Assembly: GCA_050012495.1 (NCBI GenBank)
Contig: JBEKHB010000009.1
Span: forward strand, 6,460 to 70,459
DNA length: 64,000 nt
Source of the DNA: Syntrophorhabdales bacterium
Lineage (GTDB): Bacteria; Desulfobacterota; Syntrophorhabdia; Syntrophorhabdales; WCHB1-27
Reading direction: 5' to 3'
The position numbers and the translations under genes were made by a program. The first letter of the stretch is position 1. Every line of letters begins with the position of its first letter. This document shows, in pieces, positions 28,442-37,394 of the stretch. Under the pieces are notes generated by a model. The model made no database searches, was not told the DNA's origin, and worked only from the letters and a program-made list of their open reading frames with translations.

Positions 28442-29843
28442 CCTGCCCATACGGTGGAGACTCACCATGCTCTATGGCGGGATCGTCACCCTGATCCTTC
28501 TCGTCTTTTCCGGCGGGGTCTACATCTATTTCGAAAACAGCCTTCAGAAAAGCATCGACACCAAGATCAGGTCGATGGGGGAGGTCATTTCCTCTTCGAT
28601 GACCGACATCCACGACCCAACCCTGTTCGGCAATTTCGAGCGATACCTGGAAAACGTGCTGGGGAGGAAGCCCAAGGGAAAACTGGTCCAGATCATGGAC
28701 AGCTCCGGCAGGATTGGGGCAAAGAGCAGCGACATCGAGGCCGAGAACTTCAAGGCAAGCTTCGGCACCCTGGAGCGGGCCTTTGCCGGGGAGGTAGTCT
28801 ACGAGACCGTGGAAACCGCGCGACCAAGACTCCGCCTGGTCACGATCCCCATCATGGACAACAAGAAGGTGACGAGCATTGTGCAGGTGGGGACTTCGCT
28901 TGAGGACTTCGATGACAGCATGAGAAGGCTCCTCATCATCCTTATCATCGGCATCATCACTTCCGTCAGCCTTACCATAGGCGTCGGCTATCTCATGGCC
29001 AAGAAGGCGCTGAAACCCGTGGACAAGATCAGGAGGGCGGCAGTAAAGATATCCTCCCGCAACCTTGAGGAGTATATCGATATCGGGGCGAGGAGGGACG
29101 AGCTGGGAAAGCTGGCCGAGACGTTCAACGCAATGATATCGAGGCTCCGCGACGCGTTCCAGAGGATCAACCAGTTCAGCATCGACGTCTCCCACGAGCT
29201 GAAGACGCCTTTGACCATCCTCAAGGGGGGCACCGAGGTGGCGCTCAGGAAGGAGAGGGATCCCGAGGAATACAGGGCGCTTTTGGCGAGTCACCTGGAA
29301 GAGATCGACAGGATGTCGCGGATCATCGACGACCTCCTCCTCCTGTCAAAGGCGGATACGGGGAAGATGCAGCTCAACGTGAGCGAGATCGACCTGAAGG
29401 ACCTGATACTTCAGGTCTACGTCGGCATGAAGATTTCTGCCGAAAAGAAAGACGTGGCCCTCGTCGTCGACGACCTTCAGGATACCAGGCTCAAGGGAGA
29501 TGAGCTGAAGCTGCGCAGGATGCTGTGGAACATAGTTGAAAACGGGATAAAGTACACAAACAGCGGCGGAAGAGTGGAGATTTCTTCGGCCTCAGACGAC
29601 GGATACGTGAGAATAAACGTGAGAGATACCGGCGTAGGGATCGGGGAGGAAGATATAAAGTACGTATTCGACAGATTCTATCGGGCAGACAGGGCAAGAA
29701 AGCGGGAGAGCGGGACCGGCCTCGGTCTATCCATCAGCAAGTGGATTGCGGAGGCCCACAGGGGGGCCATAGAGGTAGAGAGCCATCCCCCTTCAGGAAG
29801 CCTCTTTTCCATAAAATTGCCTGTAAGCGGAGGGAATGCATGA
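28425..29843 (+). CDS. HAMP-domain sensor histidine kinase
   Basis: Two TM segments, then HAMP. H-box SHELKTPLT, N-box NIVENGIKYT and G-boxes DTGVGI and GTGLGLSI. Confidence 0.9.
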   Translation: MRRLSNLPIRWRLTMLYGGIVTLILLVFSGGVYIYFENSLQKSIDTKIRSMGEVISSSMTDIHDPTLFGNFERYLENVLGRKPKGKLVQIMDSSGRIGAKSSDIEAENFKASFGTLERAFAGEVVYETVETARPRLRLVTIPIMDNKKVTSIVQVGTSLEDFDDSMRRLLIILIIGIITSVSLTIGVGYLMAKKALKPVDKIRRAAVKISSRNLEEYIDIGARRDELGKLAETFNAMISRLRDAFQRINQFSIDVSHELKTPLTILKGGTEVALRKERDPEEYRALLASHLEEIDRMSRIIDDLLLLSKADTGKMQLNVSEIDLKDLILQVYVGMKISAEKKDVALVVDDLQDTRLKGDELKLRRMLWNIVENGIKYTNSGGRVEISSASDDGYVRINVRDTGVGIGEEDIKYVFDRFYRADRARKRESGTGLGLSISKWIAEAHRGAIEVESHPPSGSLFSIKLPVSGGNA

Positions 29844-31306
29844 GAAACAAGAAATGGTATGTTATTGTGGGGCTGCTGATTGTTGCGGCGGCCGTCTCTC
29901 TGTATATGAAAGGGCAGCCGCCCGGCCCCGGGATAGCCGTCCCGCAGGCGACCGTGAATCCTCCGCCGGTCACGTTTGAGAAAGGCCTCCCTTCCCTCAG
30001 CGCGCTTGTAAAGGAGACAAAGCCGAGCGTTGTCAACGTCAGCACTACGACCGTGGTGAAAGGCGTGGGCCTGCCGGGCCGGTTCGGCAACCCATTCAAG
30101 GATTTTTTCGGCAACGATGATATTTTCGAAAAGTTCTTCGGGAATGAGCAGACCAGGGAATTCAAGCAGAGGAGCCTCGGCTCCGGCGTGATCATCGACA
30201 AAGAAGGCTATATTCTGACCAATAACCATGTGGTGGAAAAAGCGACAAGTATCAAGGTGAAGTTGAGCGACGGCAAGGAGTATGACGCGAAGGTCATAGG
30301 GAAGGACGCGAAGACGGATATCGCCCTCATCAAGGTAAATGTGAAAAGCAGTCTGCCCGTCGCCGTTTTGGGAGACTCGGATAAGCTCGAGGTGGGAGAC
30401 TGGGTCATGGCAATAGGCAACCCCTACGGCCTTGACCACACCGTTACCGCGGGGATAGTGAGCGCAAAGGGACGGGTTATAGGCCAGGGACCCTATGATG
30501 ATTTTATCCAGACGGACGCATCCATAAACCCGGGCAACAGCGGCGGACCGCTCTTCAACCTGAGGGGAGAAGTGGTGGGGATCAACACGGCCATTATCTC
30601 CGGCGGTCAGGGCATAGGATTTGCTATACCTGTCAATATGGCAAAGGCCCTCCTTCCTCAGTTGAAGTCGAACGGGAAGATCGTGAGGGGATGGCTGGGG
30701 GTAGTGATCCAGAAGGTGACGCCCGAACTGGCGAAAAGCTTCGGGCTCAAGGAATTGGAAGGCGCCCTCGTTTCGGATGTGATGGAGGACAGCCCGGCGG
30801 CGAAGGCCGGCATAAGAAGGGGCGATGTGATTGTTTCCTTTGATGGAAAGCCGATAAAGGAGATCGACCAGTTGCCGAGGATCGTCGCCGCCACGCCGGT
30901 CGGCAGGGAGGTCAGAATAAGGCTGATGAGGGACGGCTCTTCTGTCGAGGTCGACGTCACGATCACCGAAGGCAAGGAAGAAACACGGGAGGCCGCGAAC
31001 ACGGGGCCTGACGTGGATAAGAATTATGGCCTGGTGGTCCAAAACGTCACACCCGAAATCGCACACCATCTTAACATCAAGGATACAAAAGGCGTGATAG
31101 TGACCGATATCCAGCAGGGAAGCCCTGCCGATGAAGCCGACGTGAGGGCAGGCGACATTATCCGGGAGATAAACAGGAAGCCGGTCAGGAATGTCGACGA
31201 ATTCAGGGAGATAGTGAGCAAGGTGCGGCCAAAAGAAGGCGTCGTTATGCTGGTAAAGAGGGAGAATATGACCTTCTACGCCGTCATAAAAGGCGGAAGG
31301 GGCTAA
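29840..31306 (+). CDS. Do/DegP/HtrA-family periplasmic serine protease with two PDZ domains
   Basis: Catalytic triad contexts TNNHVV, DIALIKV and GNSGGPL. The ATG at 29840 overlaps the kinase stop (ATGA). Confidence 0.9.
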   Translation: MRNKKWYVIVGLLIVAAAVSLYMKGQPPGPGIAVPQATVNPPPVTFEKGLPSLSALVKETKPSVVNVSTTTVVKGVGLPGRFGNPFKDFFGNDDIFEKFFGNEQTREFKQRSLGSGVIIDKEGYILTNNHVVEKATSIKVKLSDGKEYDAKVIGKDAKTDIALIKVNVKSSLPVAVLGDSDKLEVGDWVMAIGNPYGLDHTVTAGIVSAKGRVIGQGPYDDFIQTDASINPGNSGGPLFNLRGEVVGINTAIISGGQGIGFAIPVNMAKALLPQLKSNGKIVRGWLGVVIQKVTPELAKSFGLKELEGALVSDVMEDSPAAKAGIRRGDVIVSFDGKPIKEIDQLPRIVAATPVGREVRIRLMRDGSSVEVDVTITEGKEETREAANTGPDVDKNYGLVVQNVTPEIAHHLNIKDTKGVIVTDIQQGSPADEADVRAGDIIREINRKPVRNVDEFREIVSKVRPKEGVVMLVKRENMTFYAVIKGGRG

Positions 31307-31344
31307 CGGGGAAGGGCTCAAGAAAACGGGGGTAAAAGGGGCGT

Positions 31345-32553
31345 ATGCCTGTATTTGAATGGGAAGGCAGGAATCAGCAGGGCGATGTCAAAAAGGGCAT
31401 TCTCAGCGCCCCGTCGACCGAGCAGCTCAGAGCACTTGTCAGAAAGGACGGCATTTTCCTCACTCATGCCGCTAAGAGAGCGGGTGTGCCGGCAAAGTCG
31501 CACCATGGCTTGCACAGGAGGGTGAAACGGGCGCAGATCGGCATTTTTACGCGCCAGTTGTCGACGATGATCAACTCGGGCCTGCCGCTGGTCCAGTCTC
31601 TCGAGGCCTTGTCGTCCCAGCTTGAAAACGCTACCTTGAGGGGAATCACCGCGGCGATGAAAGAGAAGATAGAAGGCGGCGCCCGGTTCGCCGAGACGCT
31701 TCAGGACTACCCCAACTGCTTCGATGAGCTTTATGTGAACCTTGTCGTGGCAGGCGAGGAAGGGGGCATGCTCGACACCGTCCTGATGCGGCTCGCACAC
31801 TACATCGAGAAGACGGAAAAGCTCAGGAGGAAGGTGAAAACCGCGCTTATTTATCCGTCAAGCATCATCGTGGTCGCCGTCGGCGTCGTGCTTGTTCTGC
31901 TGCTTTTCGTGATCCCCGTTTTCCAGCGTATGTTTGCAGGCTTCGGAAAGGCGCTGCCTCTACCTACCCAGATAGTGATAGGCTTGAGCGCGTTCGTCAG
32001 GGCCAGCATCTTCTACATCGCCGCAGCCGTCGCGGCAGGGGCTTTCGCCCTGAAAAAATATTACGGGACGGACAACGGCAGGAGGAGAATCGACCGGCTG
32101 GTCCTGAAGATACCGGTCATCGGGATCCTCCTGCAGAAGGCATCGGTTGCCCGGGTGACGAGGACCCTGGGAACTCTTCTGACAAGCGGTGTATCGATCC
32201 TCGAAAGCCTGACGATCGTGGCGAAAACGGCGGGCAACAGGATCATCGAGGAGTCGCTCATCACGGCGCGGGCGGACATCAGCTCAGGCAAGAGCATATC
32301 CGAACCGTTAAAGGAGAGCGGTGTTTTTCCCCCTATGACCATTCAAATGATCCAGGTAGGCGAGGCGACGGGCGCGCTCGACACCATGCTCAACAAGATC
32401 GCCGACTTCTACGAGGAAGACGTGGACAATATGGTCACAAATCTCACGTCCCTGCTTGAGCCCGCCATTATGGTGGTCCTCGGGGTGGTGCTTGGCGGGC
32501 TGATCATTGCTATGTACCTTCCTATATTCCAGTTGGGGACGGTGGTGGGCTAG
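31345..32553 (+). CDS. Type II secretion system F family / type IV pilus platform protein (PilC-like)
   Basis: Two T2SSF repeats (FTRQLSTMINSGLPLVQSL and VTRTLGTLLTSGVSILESL). No PilB/PilT/pilin genes nearby. Confidence 0.85.
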   Translation: MPVFEWEGRNQQGDVKKGILSAPSTEQLRALVRKDGIFLTHAAKRAGVPAKSHHGLHRRVKRAQIGIFTRQLSTMINSGLPLVQSLEALSSQLENATLRGITAAMKEKIEGGARFAETLQDYPNCFDELYVNLVVAGEEGGMLDTVLMRLAHYIEKTEKLRRKVKTALIYPSSIIVVAVGVVLVLLLFVIPVFQRMFAGFGKALPLPTQIVIGLSAFVRASIFYIAAAVAAGAFALKKYYGTDNGRRRIDRLVLKIPVIGILLQKASVARVTRTLGTLLTSGVSILESLTIVAKTAGNRIIEESLITARADISSGKSISEPLKESGVFPPMTIQMIQVGEATGALDTMLNKIADFYEEDVDNMVTNLTSLLEPAIMVVLGVVLGGLIIAMYLPIFQLGTVVG

Positions 32554-32605
32554 AGGCAGGGGCGGCCGGGCGCCCCTGGTGAACTGCCGGTCGGCCGGGC
32601 CACAC

Positions 32606-32644
32606 AAAAAAGGCGGGCCGGACCTTCAACAAGGTCCGGCCCGC
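32606..32644 (-). terminator. Intrinsic terminator for the minus-strand triad 2 operon: 12-bp stem gcgggccggacc/ggtccggcccgc, 8-nt loop, U6 on the minus strand
   Basis: Stem arms at 32613-32624 and 32633-32644. A6 at 32606-32611 on the plus strand gives the T-run after the hairpin on the minus strand. Confidence 0.7.
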
Positions 32645-32705
32645 GGTTGCGTGGCTTCAGATGGGCGTCTCCTCCATTCCGGCGAGGGCGGCCGTTCTTA
32701 CGCGC

Positions 32706-34316
32706 TTACCATTTCGGCATGGGCAGCTCTTTCGGGCTTTCCCAATCCTTCATCTTCTTCATCCACGGCGCCCTTTCCACAAATTCGTCATGCGCCAGCG
32801 GTACGGGCGGATGGCATACCCATAGGGGATCGAACTCGTCCTTCACCTTGAGCATGAACAGGTGGTAGTTCGGCCCGTACTTCGGTCCTGTCAGGTACAT
32901 AGGCTGGTGAGGTCCGAGGAGCGACGTATAAAACCGCTCCTTGATGTTCATCTTCGACGTATCGACATAGAACTGGTCGACCCCCGAGGTGTCCTCGTCC
33001 TGGTCCCAATAAATGAGGAATTCCGAGTAGCCCTGATGACCCATCTCGAAGCTCTGGAACCATCCGGGGTCGCCGTAGTCCGGCATCAACGGCGGTGTGT
33101 AGCCCTTCTTCACCCGCGCGTAGCTCTCGCCGTGGACCGTCGCCTGAGACATGGACTCGATGATGTAGTCCACCGACATATAGGAGCCGGTCATGAGCCA
33201 CATACCCGCCGAGTCCGCGTTCTTGAGCCATGACTCATCCGTCGGCTTGGTCGGTCTCGGTATGCCGCCGAGCTCGGTCATGATGTCGGTGACCACCCTT
33301 TCGTCGTACTCCATCTGCTCCTCCGAGGTAAAGCCGATGAGCAGCACCCGCAGGATGAAGAAATTCTTGATCGTGTCCTCGTTTTCCTTGCCCCAGAGGT
33401 CCCAGAACTCTTCCTTGCACTCCGCCTTGGCGAGCGCCCTCCAGAAGAGGGGCACCTTCGTCACGGCGCCGCCGACCTCCGCATGCCCTATGGCGAGCAT
33501 GCCCTTCACCTGGGCCTCTTTCGTCGGCATCTGGAAGTTGATCCATTTCACGCGCTTCTCAGGCAGCTTGAGGCCCGTATTCGGCGCAATGCCCGTCGGC
33601 TCAAGCCTCTCCGGCTGGAAGGGCAGCACCTTCACCGCCATCTTCGTGACGATGCCGAGGCACCCCCGGAGTCCGGTAAATCCCCTGAGCAACCCCCTCA
33701 GGTCAGGGCCGGGACCGTCGCCCCAGAAAGGGTCGTCTCCCACGGCCAAAGAACCCATCCGCACGAGCTCTCCATCAGGCAGGACAAGCTCGGTGCCGAG
33801 TATCCTCCGGTGGGGCAGCCCTACCCTGTGGGACAGGGGCGACCAGCCGTCGCCTATCAGGTTCGCGATGACGGAGGCCTGCGCGCCGCCGCCGCCGATA
33901 ATGCCGTAGCCGCCGTGCTTGAACGCCTCTTCCTGAAACGGCGAATAGATGACGCCCGTGCCGACTACCGCATAGAGGTGTTTCTCGTCGATCTCATAGT
34001 CATTCAGACGCTTCAGGTCGATGAGGAGCTCATTCTCCACGTGGCAGTGGGAGCGCGGTCCGTAAAAGCCGGTGCTGTAAGGCACATAGGGCACCTTGTA
34101 GCGGTTGCAGATCCTGACGATCCTCTGCACCTCTTCCGTGTTCCGGGGCAGGATAACGATCTGGGGGATCGTCGTCATTACCCTCTCGTAGCCGCATCCG
34201 GCCTCATAGCCTCCGGGTCCCGACCTGTATCCTTCACAGATGGCAGGGTCATCGGATATATATTTTTCGCCTACCACCGCTTCCAATGCATTGTATGTTT
34301 CTTTCGATATAGGCAT
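32706..34316 (-). CDS. FAD-binding oxidoreductase (large), triad 2 subunit C
   Basis: The ATG at 34316 is preceded by GGAGGG. The track ORF extends to 34391. Motif ETYNALEAVVGEKYISDDPAICEGY...IVILPRNTEEVQRIVRICNRYKVPYVPYSTGF. Paralog of 24091..25680. Confidence 0.75.
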   Translation of the reverse strand: MPISKETYNALEAVVGEKYISDDPAICEGYRSGPGGYEAGCGYERVMTTIPQIVILPRNTEEVQRIVRICNRYKVPYVPYSTGFYGPRSHCHVENELLIDLKRLNDYEIDEKHLYAVVGTGVIYSPFQEEAFKHGGYGIIGGGGAQASVIANLIGDGWSPLSHRVGLPHRRILGTELVLPDGELVRMGSLAVGDDPFWGDGPGPDLRGLLRGFTGLRGCLGIVTKMAVKVLPFQPERLEPTGIAPNTGLKLPEKRVKWINFQMPTKEAQVKGMLAIGHAEVGGAVTKVPLFWRALAKAECKEEFWDLWGKENEDTIKNFFILRVLLIGFTSEEQMEYDERVVTDIMTELGGIPRPTKPTDESWLKNADSAGMWLMTGSYMSVDYIIESMSQATVHGESYARVKKGYTPPLMPDYGDPGWFQSFEMGHQGYSEFLIYWDQDEDTSGVDQFYVDTSKMNIKERFYTSLLGPHQPMYLTGPKYGPNYHLFMLKVKDEFDPLWVCHPPVPLAHDEFVERAPWMKKMKDWESPKELPMPKW

Positions 34317-34342
34317 GCGTCCCTCCTTGGGATAAATCTGGA

Positions 34343-34389
34343 GGGGGGACACCCCTCCGAAGAACAAGGGGCGAGAGGAGTGTCCCCCC
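34343..34389 (-). other. Intercistronic stem-loop: 10-bp GC stem ggggggacac/gtgtcccccc with a 27-nt interior
   Basis: Exact complementarity between 34343-34352 and 34380-34389, inside the 78-nt gap between triad 2 subunits B and C. Confidence 0.7.
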
Positions 34390-34394
34390 AACCG

Positions 34395-35708
34395 TTACAT
34401 CGAAGCAAGAATAACTTCCGAGATATCCATCACCTTCACGGCGTCGCCGTTCTCCCTCACCGCCTGGCCGAAATTATTCTTACACCAGGGGCACGCGGAG
34501 ACGAGCACCTCGGCGCCCACTTCCCTCACCTCTTCCAACCGCAGCTTCGCGGAGGAGTCCGCCAGGTCCGGGAACGCAGCCTTTGTCCCACGCCCGGCGG
34601 CGCAGCAGAAGGCGTTTTCCCTTATACGGGGCATTTCCACTACCTGAGCGCCGGGGATAGCGCCAAGCAGGTTCCTCGGCTGCGCATAGAGTCCGGTGGT
34701 CCCGCGGCGCCTTTTCAGCCGGGGCTCGACCATGCCCATCCAGCCCCTTGTCCCTTTCCAGGGGGTCCAGGGGTCGGCCAGCCTGCTTATGCCGCATGAA
34801 TCATGGTACGTCATCCTGGTATCCTGCGGCTTCGTGAGCTTCAGCTTACCGGCAATGAGCGCCTCATCCGCGTATTCCACGAGATGGACGACGTCGAAGC
34901 CCAGTTGGCTGGTCGGGATATCGAGCATCTTCGGATAATCGACCTTCCACGTCCTGTAACACTCGGCGCAGGCGGTGACGAGCCTTTTCGCCCCGGTCGC
35001 CCTGACCATCTCCATATTGGTCTTCGCGATCTTCCGCGCCTGGTCGATCATACCGACCGAATAGACCATGTTGCCGCAGCACCGCTCATCGGACAACATC
35101 ATGAAAGGCGTGCCCGAGCCGTTCAATATCCGCGCGGTCGCCTGGGCGATCTCGGGGTTCCGGTACGATGCGGAGCAGCCGGCGAAGTAGAGCGTCTCTG
35201 CCTTGTCGGCCACCTTTATGCCTTTGGTGATCCATTTTTTCCGGTTCGCGGGCGGCGCTCCAAAGTGATTGTGTACGCTCGCGATGTTATCCGCCACCTT
35301 CTTATGCGCGGGCATAGGGCCGGCGCCGTCCTTAACGGCCCTTATCCTTAAGGCCTCAAGGGTCAGCTCTATCTCGAGATCGAGGTTCCTCTTGCAGCCC
35401 ACGTCGCATGCGCCGCAGAGGGGGTCGGCATAGATGATCTCGAGCAGCTTGGGCGTCCACTGAAGCTTTCCCTCGAGTACGGCAAGCCCGATCCTGCACT
35501 TGCCGAAGGCGCCGTACGCATCAAAATCATTCCACACATTGCTGGGACATCTCGTGCTGAACCGCACGCCGGGCATGTAGGTGTGCTCTACCCAGTAGCA
35601 TCCCTTGCACTTGATGCAGCGGCTCATGTCATAGGCAAAATTGCTCAAATCGGTCACATCCAGGGCGACCGGCTTTTTCGGTGTGTCAAAGCGATCTTTT
35701 GGCATCAT
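34395..35708 (-). CDS. (Fe-S)-binding protein with two CCG domains, triad 2 subunit B
   Basis: Cys clusters CIKCKGCYWVEH and CGACDVGC. CCG motifs RCCGNM and FCCAAGRG. Paralog of 22805..24100. Confidence 0.8.
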   Translation of the reverse strand: MMPKDRFDTPKKPVALDVTDLSNFAYDMSRCIKCKGCYWVEHTYMPGVRFSTRCPSNVWNDFDAYGAFGKCRIGLAVLEGKLQWTPKLLEIIYADPLCGACDVGCKRNLDLEIELTLEALRIRAVKDGAGPMPAHKKVADNIASVHNHFGAPPANRKKWITKGIKVADKAETLYFAGCSASYRNPEIAQATARILNGSGTPFMMLSDERCCGNMVYSVGMIDQARKIAKTNMEMVRATGAKRLVTACAECYRTWKVDYPKMLDIPTSQLGFDVVHLVEYADEALIAGKLKLTKPQDTRMTYHDSCGISRLADPWTPWKGTRGWMGMVEPRLKRRRGTTGLYAQPRNLLGAIPGAQVVEMPRIRENAFCCAAGRGTKAAFPDLADSSAKLRLEEVREVGAEVLVSACPWCKNNFGQAVRENGDAVKVMDISEVILASM

Positions 35709-35715
35709 ATCCTCC

Positions 35716-37173
35716 TTAGAAACAGAGATTTCCGGGGTTCAGGACATTCTTCGGATCGAAGACTTTCTTTACCCGCTTCAGGGCCGTCGTATAGCCCGCG
35801 GCTCTCTCGTATACCATCGAGGCCAGCTCCCCGTAAGGTCTCGAGAAAAATGCCCCTTCATTCATCAGGACCTTCGCCGCCTCCCGATAAAGACCCGCAA
35901 TCGCGGCCTTTTCGTCTGCATCGTCCGGGTCGTGGAAGAACGTGAACTCCACGTGAGCCGCGCGGTTGTGCTCTATGGGCTGGATATACATGCCGATGTC
36001 GGCCATGGGATAGCCGTATCTCGCCGCTACCTCTTCCACTATGTCAACATACACAGGCGTGGAAACCGGTCTCGCGATAAAGAACAGGCTCTGGGCTCCG
36101 CCTTTCCATGCGTTTTTCCAGTAGGTTTTCTCCGCGGGCCATGGTTTGCGCAGCAGCGACAAGAGCTTACGACCCACGCCGGGGAAACCGGGAAGGTTGT
36201 CGGTGAGCTTGATCTTCTGGAACTCGTTCCTCATGACCTCTTTGAGGAACCGCTCTTCGTACGCCACCTTCTCTTCCGGCCTGCGCATAAGTCCGCTGAT
36301 CACCATGATGAGCGACCACGGCGGCAGTGTCAGCCGCAGCTTCTCAAAGTCGTCCGGCCAATTCTCTGCAAGGATGGCGGCCAGGTCCACGTTGTTCAGG
36401 AGGACGACTTCCTGCCCTATTCTCCTCGGCAACACCCTGTACAGGAAGTCCTGCACATAGGCAAGGTCGTCAACCGGCGCGCAGTAAATCTTGTCAATCT
36501 TCGTCGCAAACTCGCTCTTCAGGTTCATCCAGGTCACGATGCCCATGGTACCCTGCGCCCCCTGGAGGAAGCGATAGAAATCGAGACCGGGACCGGAAGG
36601 GTTCGCTCCCTTTGACTTTGAGTCGGGATAACCGTTCACGCTTGCCGATCCGAGCCTGAAGACCTCACCCGTCGGCCAGACAAGCTCGAAGCTCTGCGTC
36701 GGCTCGCCATAGTCGTAGACGGTGTTTGTGGGCACTTCCCGCTCCAGGTAATCGGTGAGCACCGAGCGGTTCGCCGGCGGCAACAGGGGCATGATCATCC
36801 TCATGCCTTTCTTCTCCAGCTCTTTCGTAAGCTGCCCCCAGGTAACGCCCGGCTCGATCCTCACCCTCCGGTTGTAATCGTCGACCTCAAAGATCTTGTT
36901 CATCCTGGTCAGGTCTACGACGACTCCGCCCTGCTTCGGTATCGTACAACCGTAGAAATGGACTCCCGAGCTGACAGGGATCAAGGGAATGTCGTGCTCG
37001 TTAGCCCACTTCACGACGGCCCCGACTTCCTCGGCGTTTTTCGGCTGCACGACAAGATCGGGCATTGCCGGAGGAACCAGGCTGTGGTCGCGCGCATACT
37101 TGGCCAGCGTCTCTTTCGCGTCGCTTATGTTCTGCTTGCCCACGATTTTTTCCAACTGCTTCTTGTTTTGCAT
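35716..37173 (-). CDS. FAD-binding (GlcD-like) oxidoreductase, triad 2 subunit A
   Basis: Motif VVQPKNAEEVGAVVKWANEHDIPLIPVSSG and C-terminal DPKNVLNPGNLCF. Paralog of 21296..22759. Confidence 0.8.
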   Translation of the reverse strand: MQNKKQLEKIVGKQNISDAKETLAKYARDHSLVPPAMPDLVVQPKNAEEVGAVVKWANEHDIPLIPVSSGVHFYGCTIPKQGGVVVDLTRMNKIFEVDDYNRRVRIEPGVTWGQLTKELEKKGMRMIMPLLPPANRSVLTDYLEREVPTNTVYDYGEPTQSFELVWPTGEVFRLGSASVNGYPDSKSKGANPSGPGLDFYRFLQGAQGTMGIVTWMNLKSEFATKIDKIYCAPVDDLAYVQDFLYRVLPRRIGQEVVLLNNVDLAAILAENWPDDFEKLRLTLPPWSLIMVISGLMRRPEEKVAYEERFLKEVMRNEFQKIKLTDNLPGFPGVGRKLLSLLRKPWPAEKTYWKNAWKGGAQSLFFIARPVSTPVYVDIVEEVAARYGYPMADIGMYIQPIEHNRAAHVEFTFFHDPDDADEKAAIAGLYREAAKVLMNEGAFFSRPYGELASMVYERAAGYTTALKRVKKVFDPKNVLNPGNLCF

Positions 37174-37263
37174 AATACCCCCTTTCAGTAAATATAAGGT
37201 ATACCGCTACGGTGCTTCATCCAATATGCTCCTTCCCGCGTGAATTAAGGTACCTATATTTGG

Positions 37264-37354
37264 GGCTCAGCGCCCCCTCCACCGGCAGAGCCGGATGGAG
37301 CCTCCCCCCTCACAAAAGCGTTTATCCCGCTGGCTCAGCGCCCCCTCCAGCGGC
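37264..37354. repeat. Two 23-nt direct repeats ggctcagcgccccctcca[c/g]cggc (37264-37286, 37332-37354), 22/23 identical, with looser similarity extending about 12 nt further
   Basis: Read from the sequence. They lie 90-180 nt upstream of the triad 2 start (37173, minus strand), just downstream of the IclR stop. Confidence 0.9.
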
Positions 37355-37394
37355 GCAAGCCGCATCGGCGCACCCGCTTGCGGGTCGTCCCTCC

